A stretch of 64,000 nt of DNA from an uncultured Gemmatimonadales bacterium (GTDB lineage: Bacteria > Gemmatimonadota > Gemmatimonadetes > Longimicrobiales > Longimicrobiaceae), in assembly GCA_963716255.1 (NCBI GenBank), contig OY970303.1, positions 128,001 to 192,000 of the forward strand. Reading direction: 5' to 3'. The first letter of the stretch is position 1, and each line of letters begins with the position of its first letter. Under the pieces are notes generated by a model that saw only the letters and a list, made by a program, of their open reading frames with translations, was not told the DNA's origin and did no database searches. The position numbers and the translations under genes are program-made. This document shows positions 56,512-64,000 of this stretch, piece after piece.

Positions 56512-56549
56512 ACCACGTGAGGCTCGTCACAGCCGGACCAGATTCGTAC

Positions 56550-57470
56550 CTAGCGAACTTCCCCCCGCCCCAGCGCCATCCCCAGCCGCACCGGAATCTC
56601 CGGGCGCACCCCGGGCTCCAGCGCCACCCGCCCCGCCTCGAACAGCAGCACCACCGTGGACCCCAGGTGGAAGGTCATGATCTCGTCGCCCTGGCGGACG
56701 CGCACCGGCGGATCGTACCGCCGGGTCTCGCCCTCCGAGACGCCGCGGCGGTTGGTGACCCACGCGCTCCTCCCCGGCGGCGCGTTCCACGCCGGGTCGA
56801 ACGCGGCGGAGATGCGCCCCACGTTGTACGCGCCCACCGCGACCACGGCCACCCGCCCCAGCGGCCCGTCCAGGTAGCACACCAGCCGCTCGTTGCGCGC
56901 AAACAGCTCCGGCAGGTGCGCCACCGCCGGCGCGTTCACCGGCAGCAGCGCCCCCGGGACGTGCCGCGCCAGCCCGATCCGCCCGTCGCACGGGGCGTGG
57001 ATGCGGTGGTAGTCGCGCGGGCTCAGGTAGAGGGTGGCGAACGCCCCGCCGTCGAAGCGCGCCCCCTCCGCCGCGTCGTCCAGCAGTTCCGCCACCGAGT
57101 ACCAGCGCCCCTTGGCCTGGATCGCCCGCCCCTCGCGCACCGTCCCCACCTGCCCCGTCGCGCCGTCCACCGGGGACGCGGCGACGCCCGGGTCGCGCGG
57201 CCACTCGCGCGCGCCTTCCCGGAGCCTGCGCGTGAAGAAGCGGTTCAGCGAGGCGTACTCCTCCAGCCCCAGCTCCGCCTCGGCCGGGTCCGCGCCCACG
57301 GCGCGCGCGAACGCCCCAAGCACAGGCCGCCGCAGCGGCCGCGGCAACGGCACGTCCGCCACCCGCCCGAAGACGCGGCTGAAGGCGCCCTGCGGAACGC
57401 GCTTCAGCACGGACAGCATGGCGCGGCTCCGCCAGGGCGGCGGCGTGGGGAAGTCTTCGTCTCGGTTCAT
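56550..57470 (-). CDS. psd: Phosphatidylserine decarboxylase proenzyme
   Basis: Motifs FFTRRL, SPVDG, YLSPRDYHRIH, NER and the LGST self-cleavage site. Confidence 0.93.
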   Translation of the reverse strand: MNRDEDFPTPPPWRSRAMLSVLKRVPQGAFSRVFGRVADVPLPRPLRRPVLGAFARAVGADPAEAELGLEEYASLNRFFTRRLREGAREWPRDPGVAASPVDGATGQVGTVREGRAIQAKGRWYSVAELLDDAAEGARFDGGAFATLYLSPRDYHRIHAPCDGRIGLARHVPGALLPVNAPAVAHLPELFARNERLVCYLDGPLGRVAVVAVGAYNVGRISAAFDPAWNAPPGRSAWVTNRRGVSEGETRRYDPPVRVRQGDEIMTFHLGSTVVLLFEAGRVALEPGVRPEIPVRLGMALGRGEVR

Positions 57471-57480
57471 CCGGAACTGC

Positions 57481-57590
57481 CAGGGAACAGGGAACAGGGA
57501 ACAGGGAACAGGGAACAGGGAACAGGGAACAGGGAACAGGGAACAGGGAACAGGGTTCGTCCGGTTCACGCGAAGCGTGAAGCGCCACAG
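57481..57590. repeat. (CAGGGAA)x10 tandem repeat plus GCGAAGC hairpin module, copy B
   Basis: Ten full heptamers at 57481-57550 plus CAGGG, then the 29-bp hairpin module shared with 38432-38460. Confidence 0.9.
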
Positions 57591-57792
57591 CCGGCAACGG
57601 CGGTCCTCACCCGGCTCGCTTGAGGCTCGCCACCCTCTCCCAAATCCTGGGAGAGGGGGCAACGGCGGTGCCATGCGCAGACGCCGAGCTGGCGCCCGCG
57701 GGCCCCCACCCGGCGGCCCGAGAGCCGCCACCCTCCCCCGTGCCGGGGGAGGGGAATCTCCATGCTTCGATTCCTACCTTCAACGTGTCGTG

Positions 57793-57838
57793 CTCCCCCT
57801 CTCCCGCTTGCGGGGGAGGGGGCCGGGGGGAGGGGGCC
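57793..57838. repeat. CCCCTCTCCC-type palindromic repeat, copy B
   Basis: Identical to 38690-38735; related hairpins at about 57632-57658 and 57732-57753. Confidence 0.8.
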
Positions 57839-57862
57839 CTCGCGGACGCCAGCGCGGCGCCT

Positions 57863-57997
57863 GCGTGAGGGATTTCGGCCCGAAGGGGCGAGACCCCACG
57901 GCAGTATCGTGGGGGCTCGACTCCGTTGAGCAGCGTTGTTTGCTGCTCTACGGAGCCGAAGCCCGACCCCGGCGCCAGCCGGGGGCACGCCCGAACC
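57863..57997 (-). repeat. ~135-bp structured repeat, copy 9
   Basis: Reverse complement; variable stem GAGCAGC-AAACAAC-GCTGCTC. Confidence 0.95.
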
Positions 57998-58141
57998 TTT
58001 CGTAAGACGTCGCCGTTTCTCCATGCGCCCCGCGATGTGTTACATTCGCCGCTGCACGAACCGCCGGGCGCGCCGCTTGCACGCCCGCCCCGGCATCGCC
58101 GAACCGTGGAACGCACACCCGAGACCGGCTGGCACCGACAC

Positions 58142-59443
58142 GTGACCCGTTCATCCATACCGTCCATCCGCATCCCCTTCCGCCAGCACATGCTGGCCAA
58201 CGGCATGCGCGTCGTCGCCCACGAGGACCGCGGCGCCCCCATCGTCGCCGTGCACCTCATGTACCACGCCGGCTCGCGGCACGAGGTGCCCGGGCGCACG
58301 GGGCTGGCGCACCTGCTGGAGCACCTCATGTTCGAGGGCTCCCAGAACGCGCCCAAGGGCGCCTTCGACGACCTGCTGGAGCGCGCCGGCGGCACCAACA
58401 ACGGCTCCACCTGGCTGGACCGCACCGAGTACCACGAGGTGGTCCCCTCGCACGCCGTGGAGCTGGCGCTCTGGCTGGAGCGCGACCGCATGGCGCACTT
58501 CCTCCCGGTCCTCGGCGAGGAGATGCTGGAGCTGCAGCGCGGCGTGGTCATCAACGAGCGCAAGCAGCACTACGAGAACCGCCCCTACGGGCTGGCCGAC
58601 GAGCGGCTGGGGCAGCTCCTCTTCCCGGGCGAGCACCCCTACGGGTGGCCCACCATCGGGTACATTCCCGACCTGGAGGCCATCACCCTGGACGACGCGC
58701 GCACATTCTACGGGACGTACTACACCCCCAGCAACTCGGTGCTGGTGTTCGCGGGCGACGTGGCGGCGGACGACGCCTTCGAGCTGGCGGAGCGCTACTA
58801 CGGCGACCTCCCCGCCGGCCCCGCTCTCCCGGAGCTCGCCGCCGTGCCCGCCCCCGCCGCGGGGCACCGCCGCGAGACGCTGCCGGACCGGGTGACCTTT
58901 CCGCGCGTGTACCGCGCCTGGGACGTTCCCGCCTACGGCTCGCCGGACTGGGTCGCGCTGGACGTGCTGGCGTACCTGCTGGCCGACGGGGACAGCTCGC
59001 GCATGCAGCGGGCGCTGGTGCGCGACGGGCGAATCGCGCAGGAGACGGACACGTACCTGTATCCCACCGAGCTGCGCGGGGTGTTCGGGGCGGTGGCGAC
59101 CTCGCGCACCGGCGTGGCGCCGGAGGCGCTGGAGGAGGCCATCCACCGGACGGTCGCGGAGGTGGCGGCCGGCGCGGCCACGGAGGCGGAGGTGACGGCC
59201 GCGCTGCGCCGCGTGCGGCGCGACCAGGTGGCCGAGCTGGCGACGGCGGAGGGGCGCGCCGAGGCGCTGGCCTACGCGGCCACCACGCTGGGCGGGCCGG
59301 AGCGGCTGGACGAGCTGATGGATGCGTACGCCCGCGTCACCCCGGAGGACGTGGCCCGGGTGGCGGGCGAGCACCTGCGCGCCGACACGGGCGCCACCGT
59401 CGTCGTGGTTCCCTCCGGCGAGGAGGCCCGCGATGCAGCGTGA
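58142..59443 (+). CDS. M16 family (pitrilysin-like) peptidase, catalytic subunit
   Basis: HLLEH (HxxEH) and NGST...TEY motifs. Confidence 0.92.
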   Translation: MTRSSIPSIRIPFRQHMLANGMRVVAHEDRGAPIVAVHLMYHAGSRHEVPGRTGLAHLLEHLMFEGSQNAPKGAFDDLLERAGGTNNGSTWLDRTEYHEVVPSHAVELALWLERDRMAHFLPVLGEEMLELQRGVVINERKQHYENRPYGLADERLGQLLFPGEHPYGWPTIGYIPDLEAITLDDARTFYGTYYTPSNSVLVFAGDVAADDAFELAERYYGDLPAGPALPELAAVPAPAAGHRRETLPDRVTFPRVYRAWDVPAYGSPDWVALDVLAYLLADGDSSRMQRALVRDGRIAQETDTYLYPTELRGVFGAVATSRTGVAPEALEEAIHRTVAEVAAGAATEAEVTAALRRVRRDQVAELATAEGRAEALAYAATTLGGPERLDELMDAYARVTPEDVARVAGEHLRADTGATVVVVPSGEEARDAA

Positions 59444-60761
59444 CGCCGGCCTCCCCCGGGTGATGGAGGCGCCCGTGCTGGGCGCCCCCCCGGTCCCCAC
59501 CGTCCCGCGCCCCGAGCGCTGGACGCTCGACAACGGGCTGCGGGTGGTGGCGGTGCCCCGCGCCGGGATCCCGCAGGTGGCGCTGCGGCTGGTGGTCCCC
59601 GCCGGCTCCGCGGGGGACCCGCGCGAGTACCCGGGCACCGCGTCGCTGGTGGCGGCGCTCCTCACGGAGGGGACCACGTCGCTGGACGCCGACGCGCTCA
59701 ACGAGCGCATCGACGCGCTGGGGGCCTCGGTGAGCGCGCACGCCGGGCACGACTACGCCGAGGTCGAGGTGACGCTGCTGGGGGGAACGCTGGACGAGGG
59801 GCTCCCGCTCCTCGCCGAGCTGGCGACCCGCCCGGCCTTCCCGGAGGACGAGACGGAGCGCGTCCGCGAGGAGGCGCTGGACGCCCTCGCCTCGCGCGGC
59901 GACGAGCCGGCCAACGTGGCCGACGACCGGGCGCTGCTGGAGGTGTTCGGGCCGGAGCACCCGTACGGGCGCCCGTCCTTCGGGACCGAGGCGGGGGTCG
60001 CGGCGGTGCCGCGCGAGGCGCTGGCCGCCTTCCACGCGGATCGCTACCGCCCGCGCGGGTCGTACCTGGTGGCCGCGGGCGACTTCGACCTGGCCGAGCT
60101 GCGCGCGGCGCTGGAGCGCGCCTTCGGCGCCTGGACGGGGGAGGCCGCGCCGGTGGCTTATCCGCCGGCGCCGGAGCGCCCGGCGCGAGCGGGGGAGCGG
60201 GTGGCGCTCCCCTGGGAGGACTCGGCGCAGGGGGAGATCCGCATCGGGGGGGTGGGGCTGGTGCGCGGCGCCCCGGACTGGGTCGCCGCGTCGGTGGCCA
60301 ACTACGTCCTGGGGGGGAGCACCATCCTGGGGCGGCTGGGCGCCAACCTGCGCGAGGAGAAGGGGTGGACGTACGGCGTGCGCTCCGCCTTCTCGGCGGG
60401 GGTGGTGCCGGGCGGGTGGTCGGCGGAAACGGCGGTGGGGGCGGAGGTCACCGAGGACGCCGTGCGGGAGATGCTGGCGGAGATGCGCCGCATGGCCGCC
60501 GAGCCGATCCCGGAGGAGGAGCTGCGCAGGGCGAAGGACGCGCTGATCCTGTCGCTCCCCCGCGCCTTCGAGACCCCGTCGCGTGTGGCCAGCCGCTTTT
60601 CCACGCTGGAGGCGTACGGGCTGCCGGCGGACTACTGGGACCGCTTCCCGGAGCGGGTGGAGGCGGTCACCGCGGAGGAGGTGCTGCGGGTGTCGCGGGA
60701 GCACTTCGACCCAGCGCGCCTGGTGACGGTCACCGTGGGCGGCGGCGGGGCCGCGGAGTAG
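59433..60761 (+). CDS. M16 family peptidase, non-catalytic partner subunit
   Basis: LDNGLRV and LREEKGWTYG motifs; lacks HxxEH. Confidence 0.88.
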   Translation: MQRDAGLPRVMEAPVLGAPPVPTVPRPERWTLDNGLRVVAVPRAGIPQVALRLVVPAGSAGDPREYPGTASLVAALLTEGTTSLDADALNERIDALGASVSAHAGHDYAEVEVTLLGGTLDEGLPLLAELATRPAFPEDETERVREEALDALASRGDEPANVADDRALLEVFGPEHPYGRPSFGTEAGVAAVPREALAAFHADRYRPRGSYLVAAGDFDLAELRAALERAFGAWTGEAAPVAYPPAPERPARAGERVALPWEDSAQGEIRIGGVGLVRGAPDWVAASVANYVLGGSTILGRLGANLREEKGWTYGVRSAFSAGVVPGGWSAETAVGAEVTEDAVREMLAEMRRMAAEPIPEEELRRAKDALILSLPRAFETPSRVASRFSTLEAYGLPADYWDRFPERVEAVTAEEVLRVSREHFDPARLVTVTVGGGGAAE

Positions 60762-60843
60762 GATCCCGCAGAGCAGAGCGCCCCCGCCCCCGGGATGGTC
60801 CGGGGACGGGGGCGCCGCCGTCGGGGAGGCCCGACCCCGGAAG

Positions 60844-61146
60844 CTACGCTTCCTTGCCCCCCCGCCACGCCGCGTCGTCGTCCGCCTCGAAGGCGGCGTC
60901 CACCGTCTCGGGCGCGGGCGCGGGGTGCGCCCAGGGCGCCTGCCGCATGACGCCGTCCCAGCCGCACGACATGCACCAGCGCAGGTGCAGGAACCTGCCG
61001 AGCGGGCGGAGCAGGCGGTTGCGGATGGGGATGGTCTCCGACCCGCAGCGGGGGCAGTCGCGCCCCGGGGGGAGGAAGGCGACCAGGAGGGCGATCGGCG
61101 ACACGAGCATCGCGATCCAGAGGGCGACGATGAACATCCAGAACAT
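60844..61146 (-). CDS. Small membrane-anchored Zn-ribbon protein
   Basis: AAGGAGG RBS; N-terminal TM; CPRC...CMSC. Confidence 0.7.
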   Translation of the reverse strand: MFWMFIVALWIAMLVSPIALLVAFLPPGRDCPRCGSETIPIRNRLLRPLGRFLHLRWCMSCGWDGVMRQAPWAHPAPAPETVDAAFEADDDAAWRGGKEA

Positions 61147-61436
61147 GGGGACCTCCTTGCGGCGGCGCGGCTTCGGCCTCCCGAGACCCTCTCGGGTGAA
61201 CGGCGTCCTGTGGTGAGGGATCGACGGTTCCCGGAACTGCCCCGCCCCTGCGTCGACGGGTCGTCCTGCACCGCGCTCGCCGGTTACGCCTTCCGTGCGG
61301 ATCGAGCAAGTTTCGCACCGGTTCTCGCCCTGCCGCGCGGGGGCCCGGAGGCCCGCGGACCGGCCGTCCCCGACCGTCGATTTTCCCCATGCCATGTCCG
61401 TGCCAGACAACCGCTTGAGCGCACACCCCTCCGGCC

Positions 61437-62420
61437 GTGCCCACGCTCGTCGTAGATCCCCGTAGCCCCGAGCCCGGGGCGATCCGCCGCGCCGCCGCCG
61501 TCCTGCTGCGGGGCGGCCTCGTCGCGTTCCCCACCGAGACCGTGTACGGGCTGGGGGCGAGCGCCCTGGACCCGGATGCCGTGGCGCGGATCTTCGCGGC
61601 CAAGGGGCGCCCCTCGTACAACCCGCTCATCGTGCACGTGGCGGACGCGGACGCGGCCCGCGCGCTCGCCGCGGAGTGGAGCGCCGCGGCGGAGCGCCTG
61701 GCGGAGCGCTTCTGGCCGGGACCGCTGACGCTGGTGGTCCCCCGCCGCGCGGAGGTGCCGGACGCGGTCACGGCGGGGCTCCCCGCCGTGGCGCTGCGCG
61801 TCCCCGCCCACCCGGTGGCGCACGCGCTGCTGCGCGAGGCCGGCATCCCCGTCGCCGCCCCCAGCGCCAACCGCTCCACCGAGGTGTCGCCCACCACCGC
61901 CGCGCACGTGGAGCGCAGCCTGGGCGGGCGCGTGGAGCTGATCCTGGACGGCGGCCCCACCCCGGTGGGGATCGAGTCCACCGTGGTCAGCCTCGCCGGC
62001 CGGCTTCCCACGCTGCTGCGCCCCGGGACCGTGTCCATCGAGGAATTGCGCGACGCGGTGGGCGAGGTGGTCCTCCCCACGGCAGGGCACGGGGGAGCGG
62101 CGGCGCGCCCGTCGCCGGGGATGCTGGACCGTCACTACGCCCCGCGGGCGGAGGTGCGGCTCTTCGACGCCGACGGCGCCGCGCTCCCGGGCGCGGTGGG
62201 CGGCCGGACGGCCGTGCTCCTGATCCGGGCCGGGGCGCACCCGCCGGGCGAGACCGTGCGCATGCCCGCCGACGCGCGGGAGTACGCGGCCCGGCTCTAC
62301 GCCACCCTGCACCGCCTGGACGACGAGGGGTTCGAGCGCATCCTCGTGGAGCTGCCCCCCGACACCCCGGAGTGGGCCGGCGTCCGCGACCGGCTGCGGC
62401 GCGCCGCGCACCCGGGGTAG
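61437..62420 (+). CDS. tsaC: L-threonylcarbamoyladenylate synthase (Sua5-type)
   Basis: Motifs FPTETVYGL, KGRPSYNPLIVH and APSAN, plus SUA5 domain (PGMLDRHYAP). Confidence 0.93.
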   Translation: MPTLVVDPRSPEPGAIRRAAAVLLRGGLVAFPTETVYGLGASALDPDAVARIFAAKGRPSYNPLIVHVADADAARALAAEWSAAAERLAERFWPGPLTLVVPRRAEVPDAVTAGLPAVALRVPAHPVAHALLREAGIPVAAPSANRSTEVSPTTAAHVERSLGGRVELILDGGPTPVGIESTVVSLAGRLPTLLRPGTVSIEELRDAVGEVVLPTAGHGGAAARPSPGMLDRHYAPRAEVRLFDADGAALPGAVGGRTAVLLIRAGAHPPGETVRMPADAREYAARLYATLHRLDDEGFERILVELPPDTPEWAGVRDRLRRAAHPG

Positions 62421-62457
62421 CCGCGCCGGAGGCCGTCCACGATTCAACGCGCGCGGC

Positions 62458-62486
62458 TTGACACCCGGCCCGCCGCGCCGTAGCTC
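62458..62486 (+). promoter_or_regulatory. Putative sigma70 promoter of the SusC-like gene
   Basis: TTGACA-N17-TAGCTC. Confidence 0.45.
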
Positions 62487-62654
62487 TTTGTCCCTCGCCG
62501 GAACCATTCCGCTCCATCCCCGGATCGTGTCCTCGCCGTCCCCGTCGCCGGACACGCCGCGGCCGTACGCACCCCCATCCACCGCGCGGAGGCCACCCGA
62601 CCCGATTCCTCTGTAGGTCGCTGCACAGTCATTCCCCCCCACCCAGGAGGACGT

Positions 62655-64000
62655 GTGTCCTTGCGAAGGAACCTTGTCGGAACACTGAGCGCATTCGCGC
62701 TCCTCGCCGCCGCGGCGTCCCCGGCGCGCGCGCAGCAGGCGACGATCGCCGGGACCGTGACCGCGGAATCCACCGGACGGCCGGTCCCCGGCGTGCGCGT
62801 CGCCGCGGAGGGCTCCCGCGCCTCCGCCCAGACCGACAGCGCCGGCCGCTACACGCTCGCCGGGCTCTCGGGCGGCACCTACACGCTCGTCGCGCAGGCC
62901 GCCGGGTACGCCCCCGCGAGCCGCGGCGGCGTGCGCCTGGCCCCGGGCGGCTCGGCCACGGTGGACTTCCGGCTGCGCACGTCCGTGCTGGAGATCGAGG
63001 GGCTGGTGGTCACCGGCGTCACGGCGCCCACCGCGGGGACCAAGGTGCCCTTCGCGGTGGGCCGGGTGAGCGCCGCCAACCTGCCGGTTCCCACCACCGG
63101 CTCCGCGGCGACGGCGCTGCAGGGCAAGGTGTCCGGGGTGCAGGTGCTGCGCGGCAGCGGGCAGCCCGGCGGCGGCGAGGCGCGGGTGGTCCTGCGCAGC
63201 CCCACCAGCATCCGCAAGACGGTCGCCCCGCTGTACGTGGTGGATGGCGTGATCCTGGGCTCCAACCCCGCCGACATCGCCTCGCTGGACATCGAGAGCA
63301 TCGAGGTGGTCAAGGGAGCCGCCGCCGCATCGCTGTACGGCTCGCGCGCGGCGAACGGGGTGATCCAGATCCGCACCGCGCGCGGCAGCAACATCGAGAT
63401 GGGGAAGACGCGCATCACCGCCCGCACCGAGTTCGGGCAGAGCGAGATCGCGCGCATGATCCCGCTCAACCGGCACCACCACTACAACGTGGACCCGGTC
63501 ACGGGGCAGTACGTGGACGCCGCGGGCAGGGTGGTACCGCGCTCGCTGCGCTTCGCGCCCACGGTGGCCTTCGCGGACAAGGCGTTCCCGGACACGCTCC
63601 GCGACCCGGTGAACAGCTTCTTCCGCCCCGGCTCGCTGGTCAACAACACGGTGACGCTGGGGCAGAACACCGCCAGCACCAACTTCTTCTTGTCGTTCAA
63701 CTCCACCAACGAGACGGGCGTGCTCCGCGAGCACGACGGGTACGAGCGCTTCAGCGGCAAGCTCAACCTGGACCACCGGCTCCGCTCCGACCTGCAGCTG
63801 GGGGTGAGCGCGTACCACATGCGCTCCACGCGCGACGAGCTGACCGCGGGGACCTTCGAGGCGCTGGTGCAGATGTCCCCCGACGTGGACCTGCTGGCGC
63901 CCAACGCCAACGGGCAGCCGTACATCGTCCGGCCCGACCCGCTCACCACCCAGACCAACCCGCTGTACCTGAACCTCACCCGCGAGGAGGAGAACCGCCG
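62655..64000 (+). CDS. SusC/RagA family TonB-dependent receptor (3' partial; absent from ORF track)
   Basis: AGGAGG RBS, GTG 62655, signal peptide; PLYVVDGV and DIESIEVVKGAAAASLYGSRAANGVIQI. Frame runs off the window. Confidence 0.92.
   Translation, partial: MSLRRNLVGTLSAFALLAAAASPARAQQATIAGTVTAESTGRPVPGVRVAAEGSRASAQTDSAGRYTLAGLSGGTYTLVAQAAGYAPASRGGVRLAPGGSATVDFRLRTSVLEIEGLVVTGVTAPTAGTKVPFAVGRVSAANLPVPTTGSAATALQGKVSGVQVLRGSGQPGGGEARVVLRSPTSIRKTVAPLYVVDGVILGSNPADIASLDIESIEVVKGAAAASLYGSRAANGVIQIRTARGSNIEMGKTRITARTEFGQSEIARMIPLNRHHHYNVDPVTGQYVDAAGRVVPRSLRFAPTVAFADKAFPDTLRDPVNSFFRPGSLVNNTVTLGQNTASTNFFLSFNSTNETGVLREHDGYERFSGKLNLDHRLRSDLQLGVSAYHMRSTRDELTAGTFEALVQMSPDVDLLAPNANGQPYIVRPDPLTTQTNPLYLNLTREEENR

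Noticed and set aside
56517..58005. ORFs containing GNREQGT or CSLFPVP repeats
   Set aside because: They are translations of the CAGGGAA heptamer tract, not credible proteins.
58057..58095. GAACCGCCG... resembling group II intron domain V
   Set aside because: Pairing and the downstream GGTGGTGTG-like segment do not fit, and it is far from the 5' remnant.

Overview
A high-GC bacterial chromosomal segment. Gemmatimonadota/Longimicrobium-like affinity is only a tentative inference from gene content and style. Most of it is housekeeping and peptidase/transport genes: acyl-CoA ligase, RidA, LeuA-family synthase, Lon, rpsU, guaB, psd, tsaC, M16/M20/M28/M3 peptidases and three TonB-dependent receptors. 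No rRNA, tRNA or CRISPR array was recognised. The standout feature is a ~10 kb island (about 8250-18230) bracketed by ~300-bp direct repeats of an ArsC/Spx-family gene. It carries a five-gene, co-oriented candidate defence/conflict operon: (1) a CHAT (caspase-like) protease; (2) a Zn-ribbon plus degenerate STAND-like protein sharing a short amyloid-signalling-like motif (ANEVGDVIT) with the protease tail; (3) a giant multi-SPFH-like protein with a 1656-bp internal tandem duplication; (4-5) a ZorA/MotA-like and ZorB/MotB-like membrane pair. This is a Zorya-like motor coupled to effectors unlike Zorya types I-III. Other notable items: a membrane-spanning SARP/BTAD regulator whose extracellular domain is a paralog of the N-terminal domain of the divergently encoded M23 peptidase; a Cys-rich three-gene operon; a VioB-like gene without violacein partners; a Lon with a degenerate ATPase; a group IIC intron 5' remnant behind a terminator hairpin; a low-GC DUF4062-TPR gene; and nine copies of a ~135-bp structured repeat with covarying stems. 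All family assignments come from motif recognition by eye; no database searches were run.
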